DNA of 43,136 nucleotides from a virus. Positions 27,694 to 37,469 of the stretch are shown here, piece after piece. Position numbers and translations under genes: made by a program. Numbering within the stretch: the stretch's first letter is position 1; each line of letters starts with the position of its first letter. The stretch spans positions 1 to 43,136 of the IMG/VR virus record IMGVR_UViG_3300045988_021913; one strand, written 5' to 3'. Under the pieces are notes generated by a model. The model was not told where the DNA came from and did not search any database. It worked only from the letters and a program-made list of their open reading frames with translations.

Positions 27694-29349
27694 TTATTGA
27701 AAGTACCAGTTGATAGCGTAGTTCTCGGTGGGCGTGGTCTCAACGTTCACCAGCGTCTGCTTGACGATGTTGCCGGATGCGATGTAGTCGCTGCCGCGCG
27801 TCGCTGCCACGATGCCGCCGCTTCCGTTGCCCTTGAGGAGGGAGGTGGTGCTCGGTGCGCTGGCAATCGTCACCGCGCCCGTCTTGCCGTTGACGCTCGT
27901 CACGGGGTAAGGCGGCGGGTTTTCGAGGGAATACTGCCGCTCGTTTGCAACGTTGGAAAGACCAACGTCACTTTTGCTGACGCTCTGCAATGCACTGTCT
28001 GCCTTGCCGAGGGACGTTTGCACGTCCTGCGCAAGGTCGCTCTTAGCAACCGTAGACTTAAAGGCCAGCGCGCCCAAATCGCCAAACCACTTGGCGATTT
28101 TGCCAAACAGCACGGAGAGCTTTTCCCCCGTCGCGATGTTTGCGCGCGTGGTCGCTGCCGTAAAAGCCGCCGTGACGTTACTGCCGTTGCCGGTCTTGTC
28201 CAGCTTACTGGAAATGTCCTGATGCTGTGTCAGATAGCCGCTGTCGTTGGTGAGTTGAGAGGTCTTTGTGGGGATTTCGGCGCGAATGTCGGGGTGCGCT
28301 GTCGTGCTCTCATTGTGAGCTTTGATTTGCGCGGATACGTCCGGCGTAGGGATTTTACCAATAGCGTCATCAACGTACTTGTAGATGTCCGTACGCTTGC
28401 CCCGCGGGTCGTAGATGCTTGCGAGCATATCGCCAGCGCCTTGACCGTTCGCACCGTTATAGACCTCGAAGTCGAACGTCGTGCCGTCTGTCAGGGTGAT
28501 GGTGTACACGTCGCTCGTGCCGGGAGCGTGGTTGCCGCTCTTGAGAGCGATGCCGGAAATGCCGTTACCGGTTGCACCCTTCGGGCCGGGAGCGCCAGTG
28601 CCGCCGCGCGGCAAGCCAAAGACCAGCTTGTAAACATTGTCCACGAGGGATTTGCTCACCGTCGCAGGCTTGCCCGTCTCAAGCGTCACCGCCTCGACGA
28701 TCATGTTGACGATGGCGTCGCGCGCCGCCTGCGCGTCGGTCTTTGCGGTCTCCGCCGCAGACTTGGCAGATGCCGCGTCTTCGGCGCTCTGAGCGGCCTG
28801 TGTGGCTTTCTGCCCCGCAGCGGTCGAACTACCCGCCGCAGCGTCTTTTGCGCTCTCTGCGGCTTTCTGTGCCGATTCCGCCGCCGTCTTAGCGGTCTGT
28901 GCGCCGGTCTGCGCACTCTCCGCCACTTTCTGCGCATTGGCGGCGGCGGTCTGTGCATCCTTTGCCGCCGTCTCCGACTTTGCCGCATTGGTTGCCGCCG
29001 TCTGCGCGGCCTGCACCTTCTCGTCAACGCCGGTCGCAGATGCAGCAGCAGCAGCCGCAGAAGATGCCGCCGCTTTTGCGGAAGTGTCAGCCGCCGCAAC
29101 CTTGTCGTCGATGCCCTGCGCTGCGGTCTCTGCTCTGGCTGCGTCCTTTGCCGCCGCGTCAGCCGATGCCTTGGCGCTGTCAGCATACTCCTTAACGCCC
29201 TGCACCTCCGCCGCAACAGCGTCCTTCGCATACTGCACGACCTGCGAACCTTTCAGCTTCTTCGCCTCGCCGCCCTGCTCAAGCACAAAAAGGTCTTCGC
29301 CCGTGATCTGTAATGCTTGCGTGAGGTCGGAAATTGTTTTATCAGCCAT
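27694..29349 (-). CDS. Tail fibre protein with a long Ala/Lys/Glu/Thr-rich coiled-coil stalk
   Basis: About 190 aa of A-rich repeats (..AKASADAAAKDAARAETAAQ..), a short collagen-like GGTGAPGPKGATGNG, and a C-terminal globular part. Confidence 0.75.
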   Translation of the reverse strand: MADKTISDLTQALQITGEDLFVLEQGGEAKKLKGSQVVQYAKDAVAAEVQGVKEYADSAKASADAAAKDAARAETAAQGIDDKVAAADTSAKAAASSAAAAAASATGVDEKVQAAQTAATNAAKSETAAKDAQTAAANAQKVAESAQTGAQTAKTAAESAQKAAESAKDAAAGSSTAAGQKATQAAQSAEDAASAKSAAETAKTDAQAARDAIVNMIVEAVTLETGKPATVSKSLVDNVYKLVFGLPRGGTGAPGPKGATGNGISGIALKSGNHAPGTSDVYTITLTDGTTFDFEVYNGANGQGAGDMLASIYDPRGKRTDIYKYVDDAIGKIPTPDVSAQIKAHNESTTAHPDIRAEIPTKTSQLTNDSGYLTQHQDISSKLDKTGNGSNVTAAFTAATTRANIATGEKLSVLFGKIAKWFGDLGALAFKSTVAKSDLAQDVQTSLGKADSALQSVSKSDVGLSNVANERQYSLENPPPYPVTSVNGKTGAVTIASAPSTTSLLKGNGSGGIVAATRGSDYIASGNIVKQTLVNVETTPTENYAINWYFQ

Positions 29350-29578
29350 CAGTTACCTCGCTTTCCTCGTCAGGCTTCTCTGCCGCTTTGACCTGAATTC
29401 TCAGCGCGGCAAGCTCGCGTTTGTCCTTTTCGTACTCCGCGACCTCGCGCTGCAAGATCGCATAAGCCTGCTGCAAATCCGTCTGCACGCTGCCGACTTT
29501 GCCCGCCTGAGAGGCGGCGATCAGCACTGTTGAGAGCGTGTCAAACGCCCTATCAAGTAACTGCATTGCCTGTTCCAT
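29342..29578 (-). CDS. Hypothetical small coiled-coil protein (tail fibre assembly position)
   Basis: Track ORF. Overlaps the fibre gene start. Confidence 0.55.
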   Translation of the reverse strand: MEQAMQLLDRAFDTLSTVLIAASQAGKVGSVQTDLQQAYAILQREVAEYEKDKRELAALRIQVKAAEKPDEESEVTDG

Positions 29579-30301
29579 CTAAACACCCCTTCTCCATCCT
29601 GAGCCTGTACCGACCCACGGAATGCCTTTGTAAAATTTCGAACCGTCCGAGCAGTAAAGGATACCTTGCCCAAATGCGCCGCCCTGAGAGAGCCACACGC
29701 GCCCTGTCGTATCTTCTACCCACACAGCGTAGAGCGTGTACCCCTGACCGGGAGAACTCGTCATGCCGCTATACAAAACGATACTGCCACCCGGAGAATA
29801 CACCGTGCCAGAACCATCCGAGTTGAGCGACCAGCCCGCGAATGTATAGCCCGACCGCGACGGCGTTGTGCTCGGTAGATATATCCTTACATACCCTGTG
29901 TTGTTGGTCTCGCTGCCGTACTGCGTGCTCGGCACGCCGCTGCCGCCGTTGACGTTGAATGTGACGTATGCGTAATACGTTTTTGCCGGTGGCGGGGCGG
30001 TGGTAAACGTGCCGTTATCTCTGTACTCGCTGAATGCCCAGCCGCCTGTTGTGCGGTACAGCATATCCGCCGACCATGAATAAGTAACGCCGGGTTCAAG
30101 TCCCGTGATATCCAACGCCCACGTGTTATAGCCGCCGCTTGTCTGCTTAGAATCAATTGTATAGGTGTTGACTCCAAGTATCGTGACTTGCAGCCGTCTC
30201 GCATAATCGTAATCTTCCGAGCCGCCTGTGAACTCACCTGTTAAATACGCTTTTGTGCCGTCTCTGCTGTCCGGCATGATCGTTACGCTTAAAGTTGCCA
30301 T
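29579..30301 (-). CDS. Tail protein with a Listeria-Bacteroides (Flg_new) repeat
   Basis: ..VTFNVNGGSGVPSTQ..PSRSGYTFAGWSLNSDG..YTLYAVW... Confidence 0.65.
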   Translation of the reverse strand: MATLSVTIMPDSRDGTKAYLTGEFTGGSEDYDYARRLQVTILGVNTYTIDSKQTSGGYNTWALDITGLEPGVTYSWSADMLYRTTGGWAFSEYRDNGTFTTAPPPAKTYYAYVTFNVNGGSGVPSTQYGSETNNTGYVRIYLPSTTPSRSGYTFAGWSLNSDGSGTVYSPGGSIVLYSGMTSSPGQGYTLYAVWVEDTTGRVWLSQGGAFGQGILYCSDGSKFYKGIPWVGTGSGWRRGV

Positions 30302-30302
30302 A

Positions 30303-31376
30303 TTAGCTCACCAACTGCACATACAGCTGCCCCGCAGCGCCGGTTCCAGAGGGCGCGGAAGGGCCATAGCTCAAACCGCCGAGGCACAGCGCGCCAGCGA
30401 GCACGATGCGGTTGTTTTGCAGTGTGATCGCGCCGCCCGTGCCAGCCGAAAGAAACAGATTGCCCGCCGCCTGAATTTGTATGCCACCATACGTCGTTTT
30501 GATGCCGAGGCCGATGCCGGTCGTCGTGTATGCAATTTCAATCGACCCGACCGTGGTATTGGTGCTTGCCAGCAGATCAATGTATCTTCCGCGCAGCTTT
30601 TCCGCCGTGATAGAAGTACTGTCAATGTACGTTGCGATTGCACTATTGACCTCATTTGCGCTCAGACCCGCGTTGTTGTCAACGTAAGTCTTGGTCGCAT
30701 AAGACGATCCGTCCTTTAAGTCCCCAACGGAAATGCTGTTCGCCTGAATCTGGTCTGCCGTGAGCTTGCCGGTAATGTTCGCCGCAGCGACGTACAGATT
30801 GTCCGTCTTGATGCTGCTACCGTTGATTTTGGTCGTGCCGCTCGCGTCCGTCACCGTCAGACCGTCCAGCGTGGTCTTGACCTCGGTATACTTGCCATCG
30901 ATCCCCTCAACCTTGAGCATGATTTCCTCGCTGGTTTTGGTGATAGTCGAGCGTGTTTCGGCAATCTTGCGATTAAATTCCTGCGTGATGTACCCCTCGG
31001 ATGGGTATTCATCTTCCATCTCTGCTTCTCCGGGGGAAGAAATACCCGCGTATCCGCGCCCATCATCAGAGAGTTTAGACAGCGGCGAATAAATGCCACC
31101 AACTGTCACGCCATCGCCCAGCTCTGCCGCTGGATCAATGTTTGCCGCGCCTGCTTCGTATGCCTGATACTGGTAGCCTTTCATGGTTTGCAGTAAGGCG
31201 TTTACCATTGGCTGCGTGGCGTGAGGGCAACTTGCAATGACCTCCATGCCGGTATCATCACCCGCCGTCAGGCTGTTTTCATCGTCCACAAGCAGCGTCA
31301 CGCGAGAGATAGGCTTGTACTTGCCCTTGTCGGAAAAACTTGTAACGTCTCTGCCGACATAATACTTTTCAGACAA
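30303..31376 (-). CDS. Tail/baseplate structural protein
   Basis: TTG start behind GGAGGGGTGAGGA. 357 aa, beta-rich, lies in the tail tip module. Confidence 0.6.
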   Translation of the reverse strand: MSEKYYVGRDVTSFSDKGKYKPISRVTLLVDDENSLTAGDDTGMEVIASCPHATQPMVNALLQTMKGYQYQAYEAGAANIDPAAELGDGVTVGGIYSPLSKLSDDGRGYAGISSPGEAEMEDEYPSEGYITQEFNRKIAETRSTITKTSEEIMLKVEGIDGKYTEVKTTLDGLTVTDASGTTKINGSSIKTDNLYVAAANITGKLTADQIQANSISVGDLKDGSSYATKTYVDNNAGLSANEVNSAIATYIDSTSITAEKLRGRYIDLLASTNTTVGSIEIAYTTTGIGLGIKTTYGGIQIQAAGNLFLSAGTGGAITLQNNRIVLAGALCLGGLSYGPSAPSGTGAAGQLYVQLVS

Positions 31377-32046
31377 GAATCCTCACCCCTCCAAATGTGA
31401 TAGCATTGCCCGCTTCTGTAATGAGATAGTTTGTCTCGGTAGGCATGGACAACAACGGAATAAGCAACAGTTTCCCTGTATCGGTGATAATCCAGTTCCC
31501 GCCGTGCGCCGCTGCGATAAAACATAGCTCATTGCGGATGGTGTAATCATTTGCGGGATAGTCGATGGTGTACGAGCTATTGAGCACTGTGCGGCTGTCC
31601 AGCTCCACGCCCATCAACTGGCAAAAGATGTTTACAGCGTCAGGCATAGTCATCGGGAAGTTAAGCGGCTGGTCTGGCTCCCACACAACGTCAGCCTTTC
31701 TCATAGCGTCGTATGCTTCGAGTTCCCAATAATCTCCATCGCAGGAACGGCGGTTGGTAAAAAACACGCCTTTGGGGATCCAGTCTGTCGCCTGACTTCC
31801 ATTAACAAGCCTGAGATAACGCTTGATCGTTGCGGCGCGCGGTACGTTGTCCGCATACAGTGCCAGTTTTAATGTTGCGCAGCAAGCGTTTCCAATGCCG
31901 AATTCTTCAAACAACTGCGATTCGACGGAGTGCGACACTTCCGCATCTTTGCCATATTCCGTGCCCGCAACGTCAAATTTGTACTCTCGTTCTGTGCCGG
32001 GGGCGTGGAGCAGCTCGCGCCACAGTGCACTTGTTGTCTGCCCCAT
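31369..32046 (-). CDS. Tail tip component (Tal/baseplate position)
   Basis: ATG 32046 after GAGGTG. Assignment based on position. Confidence 0.55.
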   Translation of the reverse strand: MGQTTSALWRELLHAPGTEREYKFDVAGTEYGKDAEVSHSVESQLFEEFGIGNACCATLKLALYADNVPRAATIKRYLRLVNGSQATDWIPKGVFFTNRRSCDGDYWELEAYDAMRKADVVWEPDQPLNFPMTMPDAVNIFCQLMGVELDSRTVLNSSYTIDYPANDYTIRNELCFIAAAHGGNWIITDTGKLLLIPLLSMPTETNYLITEAGNAITFGGVRILV

Positions 32047-32047
32047 G

Positions 32048-32407
32048 TCACACCTCAATCAAATTAAACGTCGCGCCGCCCCACACCTCGTTATCGTCTG
32101 CCGCTTCTTCAAGCGTGCATTCCATCGACGAGCAGTAAAACGTGCTTGTTCTCACGCCATGCAAGTCAAGATACTTGACCGTGCACGTTGTCTTATTGAG
32201 GTCATCATCGAGCTTTGCTAGCTTATCGCGAGGCATAGAGCGCGTTGTATAGCTCAGTTTCCGTTTTGTAGTGATCTTGTCGCGCCGCATTTTCCCATCT
32301 TTGGTGCGGGTGGTCTTGTCGCTGTCAAGATCGTTTCTGCTCCACCCATACCCCTTAGTTGCGATTGCGGACGAGTAATCCGTTCCGTTGATAATAAGGA
32401 CTTCCAT
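32048..32407 (-). CDS. Tail component immediately after the tape measure (Dit position, small)
   Basis: GGAGGGG RBS. Assignment based on position. Confidence 0.55.
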   Translation of the reverse strand: MEVLIINGTDYSSAIATKGYGWSRNDLDSDKTTRTKDGKMRRDKITTKRKLSYTTRSMPRDKLAKLDDDLNKTTCTVKYLDLHGVRTSTFYCSSMECTLEEAADDNEVWGGATFNLIEV

Positions 32408-32418
32408 GTTACCCCTCC

Positions 32419-34380
32419 TTAGTACAGCAGTACGGGCTTACCCGCCGCGCGCGTCATGTTGTTAATGTTCTTCACGGTGCTGCGTGCGATTTCTTTACCG
32501 TCAAGCTGGATAACAACAGTGGTTGCACCGCCGCCAGATTCCGCCATAGCCTGCTTAAATGCGTCGACCATTGTTGCAAGCGGTGTTTCGATGTTCGTCC
32601 CGCTTTTCTGGTCGCCCAGCACGGCAAGAAATTCTTTGTTGGGCGGGATAACTGCACCGGTCGCCAAACGCGGCAAACGAACCTCAGAGAGCGAAGAAAT
32701 ATGCCCGCCAATGCTTTTGCCGCCGACACCGGGAACCCAACTCGGAACAGTAAACTTGATCGTATTGATTTTACTAATCAGCCAGTTCAAGCCTTTAATG
32801 ACGGCATTGATGGCGCTCTCGGCAATAATAACGATGCTGTTCCAGATGCCAGAGAAAACTTTTTTGACACCTTCCCACGCAGATTTCCAGTTGCCCGTGA
32901 ACACGCCCTTGATAAATTGGATAATTCCCCCGAGGATATTATCTTTCAAGTTTCTGGCAAACTCTGTCAAATTACCTGTAAGCGCAAGCGCCGCCGTAAC
33001 TACAGATGCGATGCCAGCAATAACAAGAGGGATAACGCTGCCGGTCAGAAAAAAGAACCCCAGCCCCGTTGCCACAATGCCAGCAATCAATAACAGCGTA
33101 TTTTGAAGATTTGCACCGTTATCACAAATGTCCTTAAACGCTGTGATAATCATTGCTGCGCCAGCCACTACAAGGCCGATGCCCGCGCCGACTTTGCCGA
33201 ATGCGATTGCAAGCCCCACGGCAAGCGCCGCTGTGCCTGCAAGCATTTCGAGCAGATTCCCCCAGTTAACGCCGTTATTCCATGCGTCGGATAAGCCGTC
33301 CCACAGAAGAATCAATCCGCCGACCGCGATGAGGATACCGCCGAGTTTGGTTAGAATCTTTCCCAATTCTCCGGGAAGCGAACTGCCGATTTTCCACAGT
33401 GCAAGCCCTGCGGCAATAAGCATGACTGCATCAGCGATTTTCTTTAAGCGGTCGCTGATGTCATCCATGTAGCTAAAGTCCGGAGTGATTGCGTCAGCGG
33501 ATGCGCCACCGCCCGCATCGTTTGCGGTATCGGTGGAAATCTGGTTGATCTCATCAAACGCCGCAAGCTGGCTTGCCGCTTTCTTCGCGGCACTGCCCGT
33601 TCCCTTTAATGCGCTGGTCTCTTTGTTTAGCGCCTTTGCCGAGTTAGCAGTTGCCTTGACGCTCTTGCCGGAGATAAGCGCCACAAGACGCGTGATCTGC
33701 GAGACTACTGCCGTGATAACTTTTACAAGCAGGGTAAAGGCGGGGACAATTACACTTACAAGAGGCTGTGCCAGCGTCAAAAGCGCTCCTTTAAGCTGCG
33801 CAATGGATTCTCTTGCCTTGGAGTTTACCATTACGACGTTCTTTACCCAGTCACGCACTTTTGTTAATGCTTGGGTAATAACTGTAAAAACAAGTGCACT
33901 GCGGACAACGGATTTTAAGCGCTGCCCAAATACTTTCATGGAATCTGCCGCCGCTTCGGTTGCGTTGCGCAGCCCTGCGCCTTTGGCTCTGCCCTCGATC
34001 TGCTGTGTTAGCTCGACTGCCTGCGTTTTTGCGTCGGAAATCTTATCGCCGGTTTTGTTGAGCTTTTCATTGAGCTTATCAATGCTATTTGCAGTTTTGT
34101 TAAATTCGCTTTGCAGCATTCGCACGCGCTCGGCCTGCTCGGACACATCGATTTTCTCATACGTGCCTTTTGGCGCTGTGCGCATATCGGCAAGCTCCTG
34201 TTTTGCCGCATCCAGCTCTGCGCCGATGTTGCGCAGCCGGTCTTCCATCGGCGTTTTTTGGTCGCCGAGCCGGTTGAACTCCTTTTGTAAGGATTCGATA
34301 TTGCTTTTAACTTTGTTTAACTCCTGATGGAGTTTTTTGTCGCTAATAGTCGCTTCAAATACGACTTCGCCGTCAGCCAT
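32419..34380 (-). CDS. Tape measure protein
   Basis: Track ORF trimmed to ATG 34380 (GAAGGTG RBS). 653 aa with a coiled-coil N-terminus and multiple Gly/Ala-rich TM-like segments. Confidence 0.85.
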   Translation of the reverse strand: MADGEVVFEATISDKKLHQELNKVKSNIESLQKEFNRLGDQKTPMEDRLRNIGAELDAAKQELADMRTAPKGTYEKIDVSEQAERVRMLQSEFNKTANSIDKLNEKLNKTGDKISDAKTQAVELTQQIEGRAKGAGLRNATEAAADSMKVFGQRLKSVVRSALVFTVITQALTKVRDWVKNVVMVNSKARESIAQLKGALLTLAQPLVSVIVPAFTLLVKVITAVVSQITRLVALISGKSVKATANSAKALNKETSALKGTGSAAKKAASQLAAFDEINQISTDTANDAGGGASADAITPDFSYMDDISDRLKKIADAVMLIAAGLALWKIGSSLPGELGKILTKLGGILIAVGGLILLWDGLSDAWNNGVNWGNLLEMLAGTAALAVGLAIAFGKVGAGIGLVVAGAAMIITAFKDICDNGANLQNTLLLIAGIVATGLGFFFLTGSVIPLVIAGIASVVTAALALTGNLTEFARNLKDNILGGIIQFIKGVFTGNWKSAWEGVKKVFSGIWNSIVIIAESAINAVIKGLNWLISKINTIKFTVPSWVPGVGGKSIGGHISSLSEVRLPRLATGAVIPPNKEFLAVLGDQKSGTNIETPLATMVDAFKQAMAESGGGATTVVIQLDGKEIARSTVKNINNMTRAAGKPVLLY

Positions 34381-34392
34381 AATATCACCTTC

Positions 34393-34421
34393 TTGCTTTT
34401 TGGTTTTTTGCGTGATATCAT
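34393..34421 (+). promoter_or_regulatory. Candidate extended -10 promoter (TTGCTT, 17 nt, TG-a-TATCAT) for the DUF4352 moron
   Basis: Read directly. Confidence 0.4.
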
Positions 34422-34458
34422 CCAAGAAGCCATAAATAATGGCAAGGAGGAATGAAAA

Positions 34459-35037
34459 ATGGATAAGATGACTACTTGCAAGGTATGCGGGGCATCTATC
34501 GCAAAATCCGCTACCACTTGCCCGCAGTGTGGAGCCAAGCAGAAAAAGCGCCACCCAGTGCTGGGAATTATCATTGCTATTTTCGGTATTTGCATGATCG
34601 CCGCCGCATTAAACGACATGGGCGATGCCCCTGGCGCGGAGAAACAGACATTTGGCGTTGGAGAAACCGCCGAGTTAAATGGGATCAGCGTAAAGTTTGA
34701 TTCCTGCACCGAAAGCAATGGATCGCAGTTCAACACGCCTGATGATGGAAATGTGTTTCTGCTTTGCGAATTCTCAATTGATAACCAGTCGGATAAAGAT
34801 ATTGCCGTTAGTTCTATCGCATCGTTCAACGCCTATGTTGATGACTACTCGACAAATCTGAGCATTTCAGCCACCATCGCAACCGATAAAACTCAGCTGG
34901 ACGGGGCTATTGCTGCCGGGAAGAAAATGACCGGCGTTGTCGGATACGAAGTCCCCAAAGACTGGAAAGAAATTGAAATTCGCTTCACTCCAGACTTTTG
35001 GTCTGGAAACGAAATTACATTCATTGCGGACAAGTAA
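34459..35037 (+). CDS. DUF4352-like membrane-anchored protein with an N-terminal zinc ribbon (moron)
   Basis: AAGGAGG RBS. CKVCGASI..CPQCGAK, TM helix VLGIIIAIFGICMIAAAL, then ..VFLLCEFSIDNQSDKDIAVSS..VVGYEVPKDWKEIEIRF. Confidence 0.8.
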   Translation: MDKMTTCKVCGASIAKSATTCPQCGAKQKKRHPVLGIIIAIFGICMIAAALNDMGDAPGAEKQTFGVGETAELNGISVKFDSCTESNGSQFNTPDDGNVFLLCEFSIDNQSDKDIAVSSIASFNAYVDDYSTNLSISATIATDKTQLDGAIAAGKKMTGVVGYEVPKDWKEIEIRFTPDFWSGNEITFIADK

Positions 35038-35044
35038 CCATCCT

Positions 35045-35077
35045 CGCCCGATGCTATTTTGCGTCGGGCGTTTTTTT
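35045..35077 (+). terminator. Rho-independent terminator of the moron
   Basis: cgcccgatgc-tatttt-gcgtcgggcg-ttttttt. Confidence 0.75.
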
Positions 35078-35623
35078 GCCCAACCACGCATTGATCGTGT
35101 CGTTTTCTTCTTCCGTCATCGGCTTCTTTAGATCGACAAGCCGCCTGTTTTCTCGGTAAAATTCTCGATCCGACTTGTCGAGCGTTTTCCCTTTTGCCTT
35201 CAGGTTGCGGATTCGAACGATGTTTGCAAACAAGCACTCCCCAATTTCATAGTACGCAGAGACGAATGACCACCAATGGAAATAAGGCATTGCGCGTACT
35301 TCATGTCCCACAACACGGTTGATGGGAGCCACAATGTATTGAAAGTCTTGTTCCCAATCCATCAGCTTTGGGCGTTTCCGGTTATCTCCCTCGTCGCCGC
35401 AGTCAAGAAACCATGTCATTTGCTTCACCGCATCAGGGATATGCTCGTCCGGCATTTGCAAAAAATCGGGATAGAAAATATCCAGAGCAGCCAGAACCTT
35501 TTGCCCGTTGCCCAAATCGACCGCAGAAAAGACCGAAAGCACGTCCAACGCCGCACGATAGTCCGAGCGGATAGCATACTCAACGCCGCAGACGTTTAGC
35601 GACGTCGGAAGTTCATACATCAT
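35054..35623 (-). CDS. Phage Gp15-like tail assembly protein (gpT position)
   Basis: ..DWEQDFQYIVAPINRVVG..HWWSFVSAY.. matches the Gp15 family as remembered. Confidence 0.65.
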   Translation of the reverse strand: MMYELPTSLNVCGVEYAIRSDYRAALDVLSVFSAVDLGNGQKVLAALDIFYPDFLQMPDEHIPDAVKQMTWFLDCGDEGDNRKRPKLMDWEQDFQYIVAPINRVVGHEVRAMPYFHWWSFVSAYYEIGECLFANIVRIRNLKAKGKTLDKSDREFYRENRRLVDLKKPMTEEENDTINAWLGKKTPDAK

Positions 35624-36045
35624 TTTTTGTATTTCTGTGTGTACTTGCGGATTTTCTCATCGGCAAGCGCCTGTTCGCGCTTTACTGCCTCATCAAACTG
35701 CTCGATGATGGCGGTCATAAAGTTCTGCCAAACCGGCGCACCGTTGGCCGCGGAATATGCGTTGACGCTGCCAAAAAGCGTATCGGCAATGTCCTGTCCG
35801 AACAAATCATTGATGATGCTGCGCATTTCCTTGTCGAGAGAATCAACCATGTCGAAAAGCTCATCATCGGGGATATCCTTTTCGAGTGTCTTTGCGCGGG
35901 TCTCCTGCTTCTTGCGCAGATTATCAAACGTTTTGTATGCTTTCTTTGCGAAGTTGACATCCGCAGGGTTAAAGTGCACTGTTACGATGCCGTTCACGCC
36001 GCGAATGGTATATTCCTTTACACCGGAATCAAAAGTAAGTTCCAT
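35620..36045 (-). CDS. Tail assembly chaperone (gpG position)
   Basis: ATG 36045 after GGAGGA. Ends ..KYKK on an A6 run that overlaps the next ATG. Confidence 0.6.
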   Translation of the reverse strand: MELTFDSGVKEYTIRGVNGIVTVHFNPADVNFAKKAYKTFDNLRKKQETRAKTLEKDIPDDELFDMVDSLDKEMRSIINDLFGQDIADTLFGSVNAYSAANGAPVWQNFMTAIIEQFDEAVKREQALADEKIRKYTQKYKK

Positions 36046-36090
36046 ATATTCCTCCAAAATGAGGGCTGACAGATGCCAGCCCTCTATGGT

Positions 36091-36615
36091 TCATTCGCCC
36101 TCGGTAAAAGTAACCGTATTGCCAGAGATAGCGGCAGTGCCGACCGTGCGCGTGCCGCCAAACGTCACGTCGATAGGCATACTGATAAAGCCGCCACCTT
36201 CGCCGCCGAGGGATGAGGTCTTAACCATGCAGGACGAATAGCGTTCCGCAAAAACTGCAGTCTTTGCCGTGCCTGCATAAGCGTGGACAATCAGCATGTC
36301 CTGATTCGCCAGCGCCGCCGAGTTCTGCTCCTTGACCGCAAGATTCCAAACCTTGACGATGGCAGGGTCGCCAGCGTCCAGATCAGACGGGTCAAAGGTC
36401 TGAGTGATGATAGGTTTCTTCATAGTCGTGCGCGTCGTGCCAAGAATATCCTTCGAGGAATCCTCCTGCCAGTCGTATTCCATGCTGGAATCCGTGACGC
36501 GCGTGCCGAGGGGCGACCATGTAGGTGTGCCAGATTCGCCCGTATTCAGATACGCGATCAGAAGTTCGCGGTCTACGGTCTGGCCTGCCGTGGTGTTAAA
36601 GGTCGTATCAGCCAT
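36091..36615 (-). CDS. Major tail protein
   Basis: 174 aa. Position and composition fit. GAGGTG RBS. Confidence 0.75.
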   Translation of the reverse strand: MADTTFNTTAGQTVDRELLIAYLNTGESGTPTWSPLGTRVTDSSMEYDWQEDSSKDILGTTRTTMKKPIITQTFDPSDLDAGDPAIVKVWNLAVKEQNSAALANQDMLIVHAYAGTAKTAVFAERYSSCMVKTSSLGGEGGGFISMPIDVTFGGTRTVGTAAISGNTVTFTEGE

Positions 36616-37063
36616 TTTTAATCACCTCGTAGTTCATTTTCATAAGGATTTGATGATCCTCGTCGCCGTTTTCATAAACGGCAAAAAGCGAGGATCGCGT
36701 TGTCGGCTCAATGCGGATGACGCGGCGACCGTCGCCAATGTCAGGCGGCGTTTCGCTTGCTGCCCAATCGCCCAAGGCGTTAAGCAGCTCGTCAGCTTTG
36801 AGCCGTTTGTCGTTGCTATTCCCCGGTTTCATGCGGTAAATGACCTTGAATTGATATTCCGCCTGATACCCGCCGAGAATGTATTTCTGTACGATGTACG
36901 CCGCCTGAATCGTGGACAGCGCCATCGCCGCAGTGTCGGCGGGAAGAAATTCGAATCGAATCAAATCAACCGGCTTATCGGGGAATGTGTTTAACCACGC
37001 AAGCAGCTTGCGGGAGACCTGATCTTCCTCCGCCGCCGAAACCGTCTTTTTAACCTGTTCCAA
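36608..37063 (-). CDS. Tail completion/terminator-like protein
   Basis: TTG start. Assignment based on position. Confidence 0.55.
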   Translation of the reverse strand: MEQVKKTVSAAEEDQVSRKLLAWLNTFPDKPVDLIRFEFLPADTAAMALSTIQAAYIVQKYILGGYQAEYQFKVIYRMKPGNSNDKRLKADELLNALGDWAASETPPDIGDGRRVIRIEPTTRSSLFAVYENGDEDHQILMKMNYEVIKNG

Positions 37064-37469
37064 ATTTCTTCACCGCCTTATCTGCTACGCGCACCCACTT
37101 GTCAAGATTCTGCGCTTTCGATGCTTCGCACCAATGGGCTTGTGCTTGTGGGTGCGCCGTGTGGTTGAACACTAAATTGCGGTCAGTCACGACCTTTGTA
37201 CCGCCTTTCGGCGCGTATGTGCTGCCGGTATTTGGGTCAACCATGACTTTCCCGTAATACAGGAATCTCGCGTAAGGGCCGGGGTAGATGATGTCGTTAC
37301 CAACTACCCTTGTGCGCTGCGTTAATGAGCCTGTGAGCATCGGCACAAAAGGCTGAGTGTCTTTCTCCATCTGCTCGGCTAAAACGTGCTCGGCGCGCGT
37401 ACAGGCCTTTGCAATGGCAGTCCTTACAGCGCCCATTCCATCGGTATGCACGGAAAACTTGATGCCCAT
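37050..37469 (-). CDS. Head-tail joining protein (minor capsid/gp10-like)
   Basis: TAATG overlap. Assignment based on position. Confidence 0.6.
   Translation of the reverse strand: MGIKFSVHTDGMGAVRTAIAKACTRAEHVLAEQMEKDTQPFVPMLTGSLTQRTRVVGNDIIYPGPYARFLYYGKVMVDPNTGSTYAPKGGTKVVTDRNLVFNHTAHPQAQAHWCEASKAQNLDKWVRVADKAVKKFGTG

Noticed and set aside
28560-28620. Collagen-like repeat in the tail fibre.
   Set aside because: Only about five G-X-Y triplets (GGTGAPGPKGATGNG) are present. That is too short to call a collagen domain, so it is noted only within the fibre annotation.
27466-29313. 615-aa plus-strand ORF.
   Set aside because: It is antisense to the tail fibre gene. Its R/C/L/G-rich low-complexity translation is typical of the reverse frame of Ala-rich GC-rich coding sequence, and it has no RBS.
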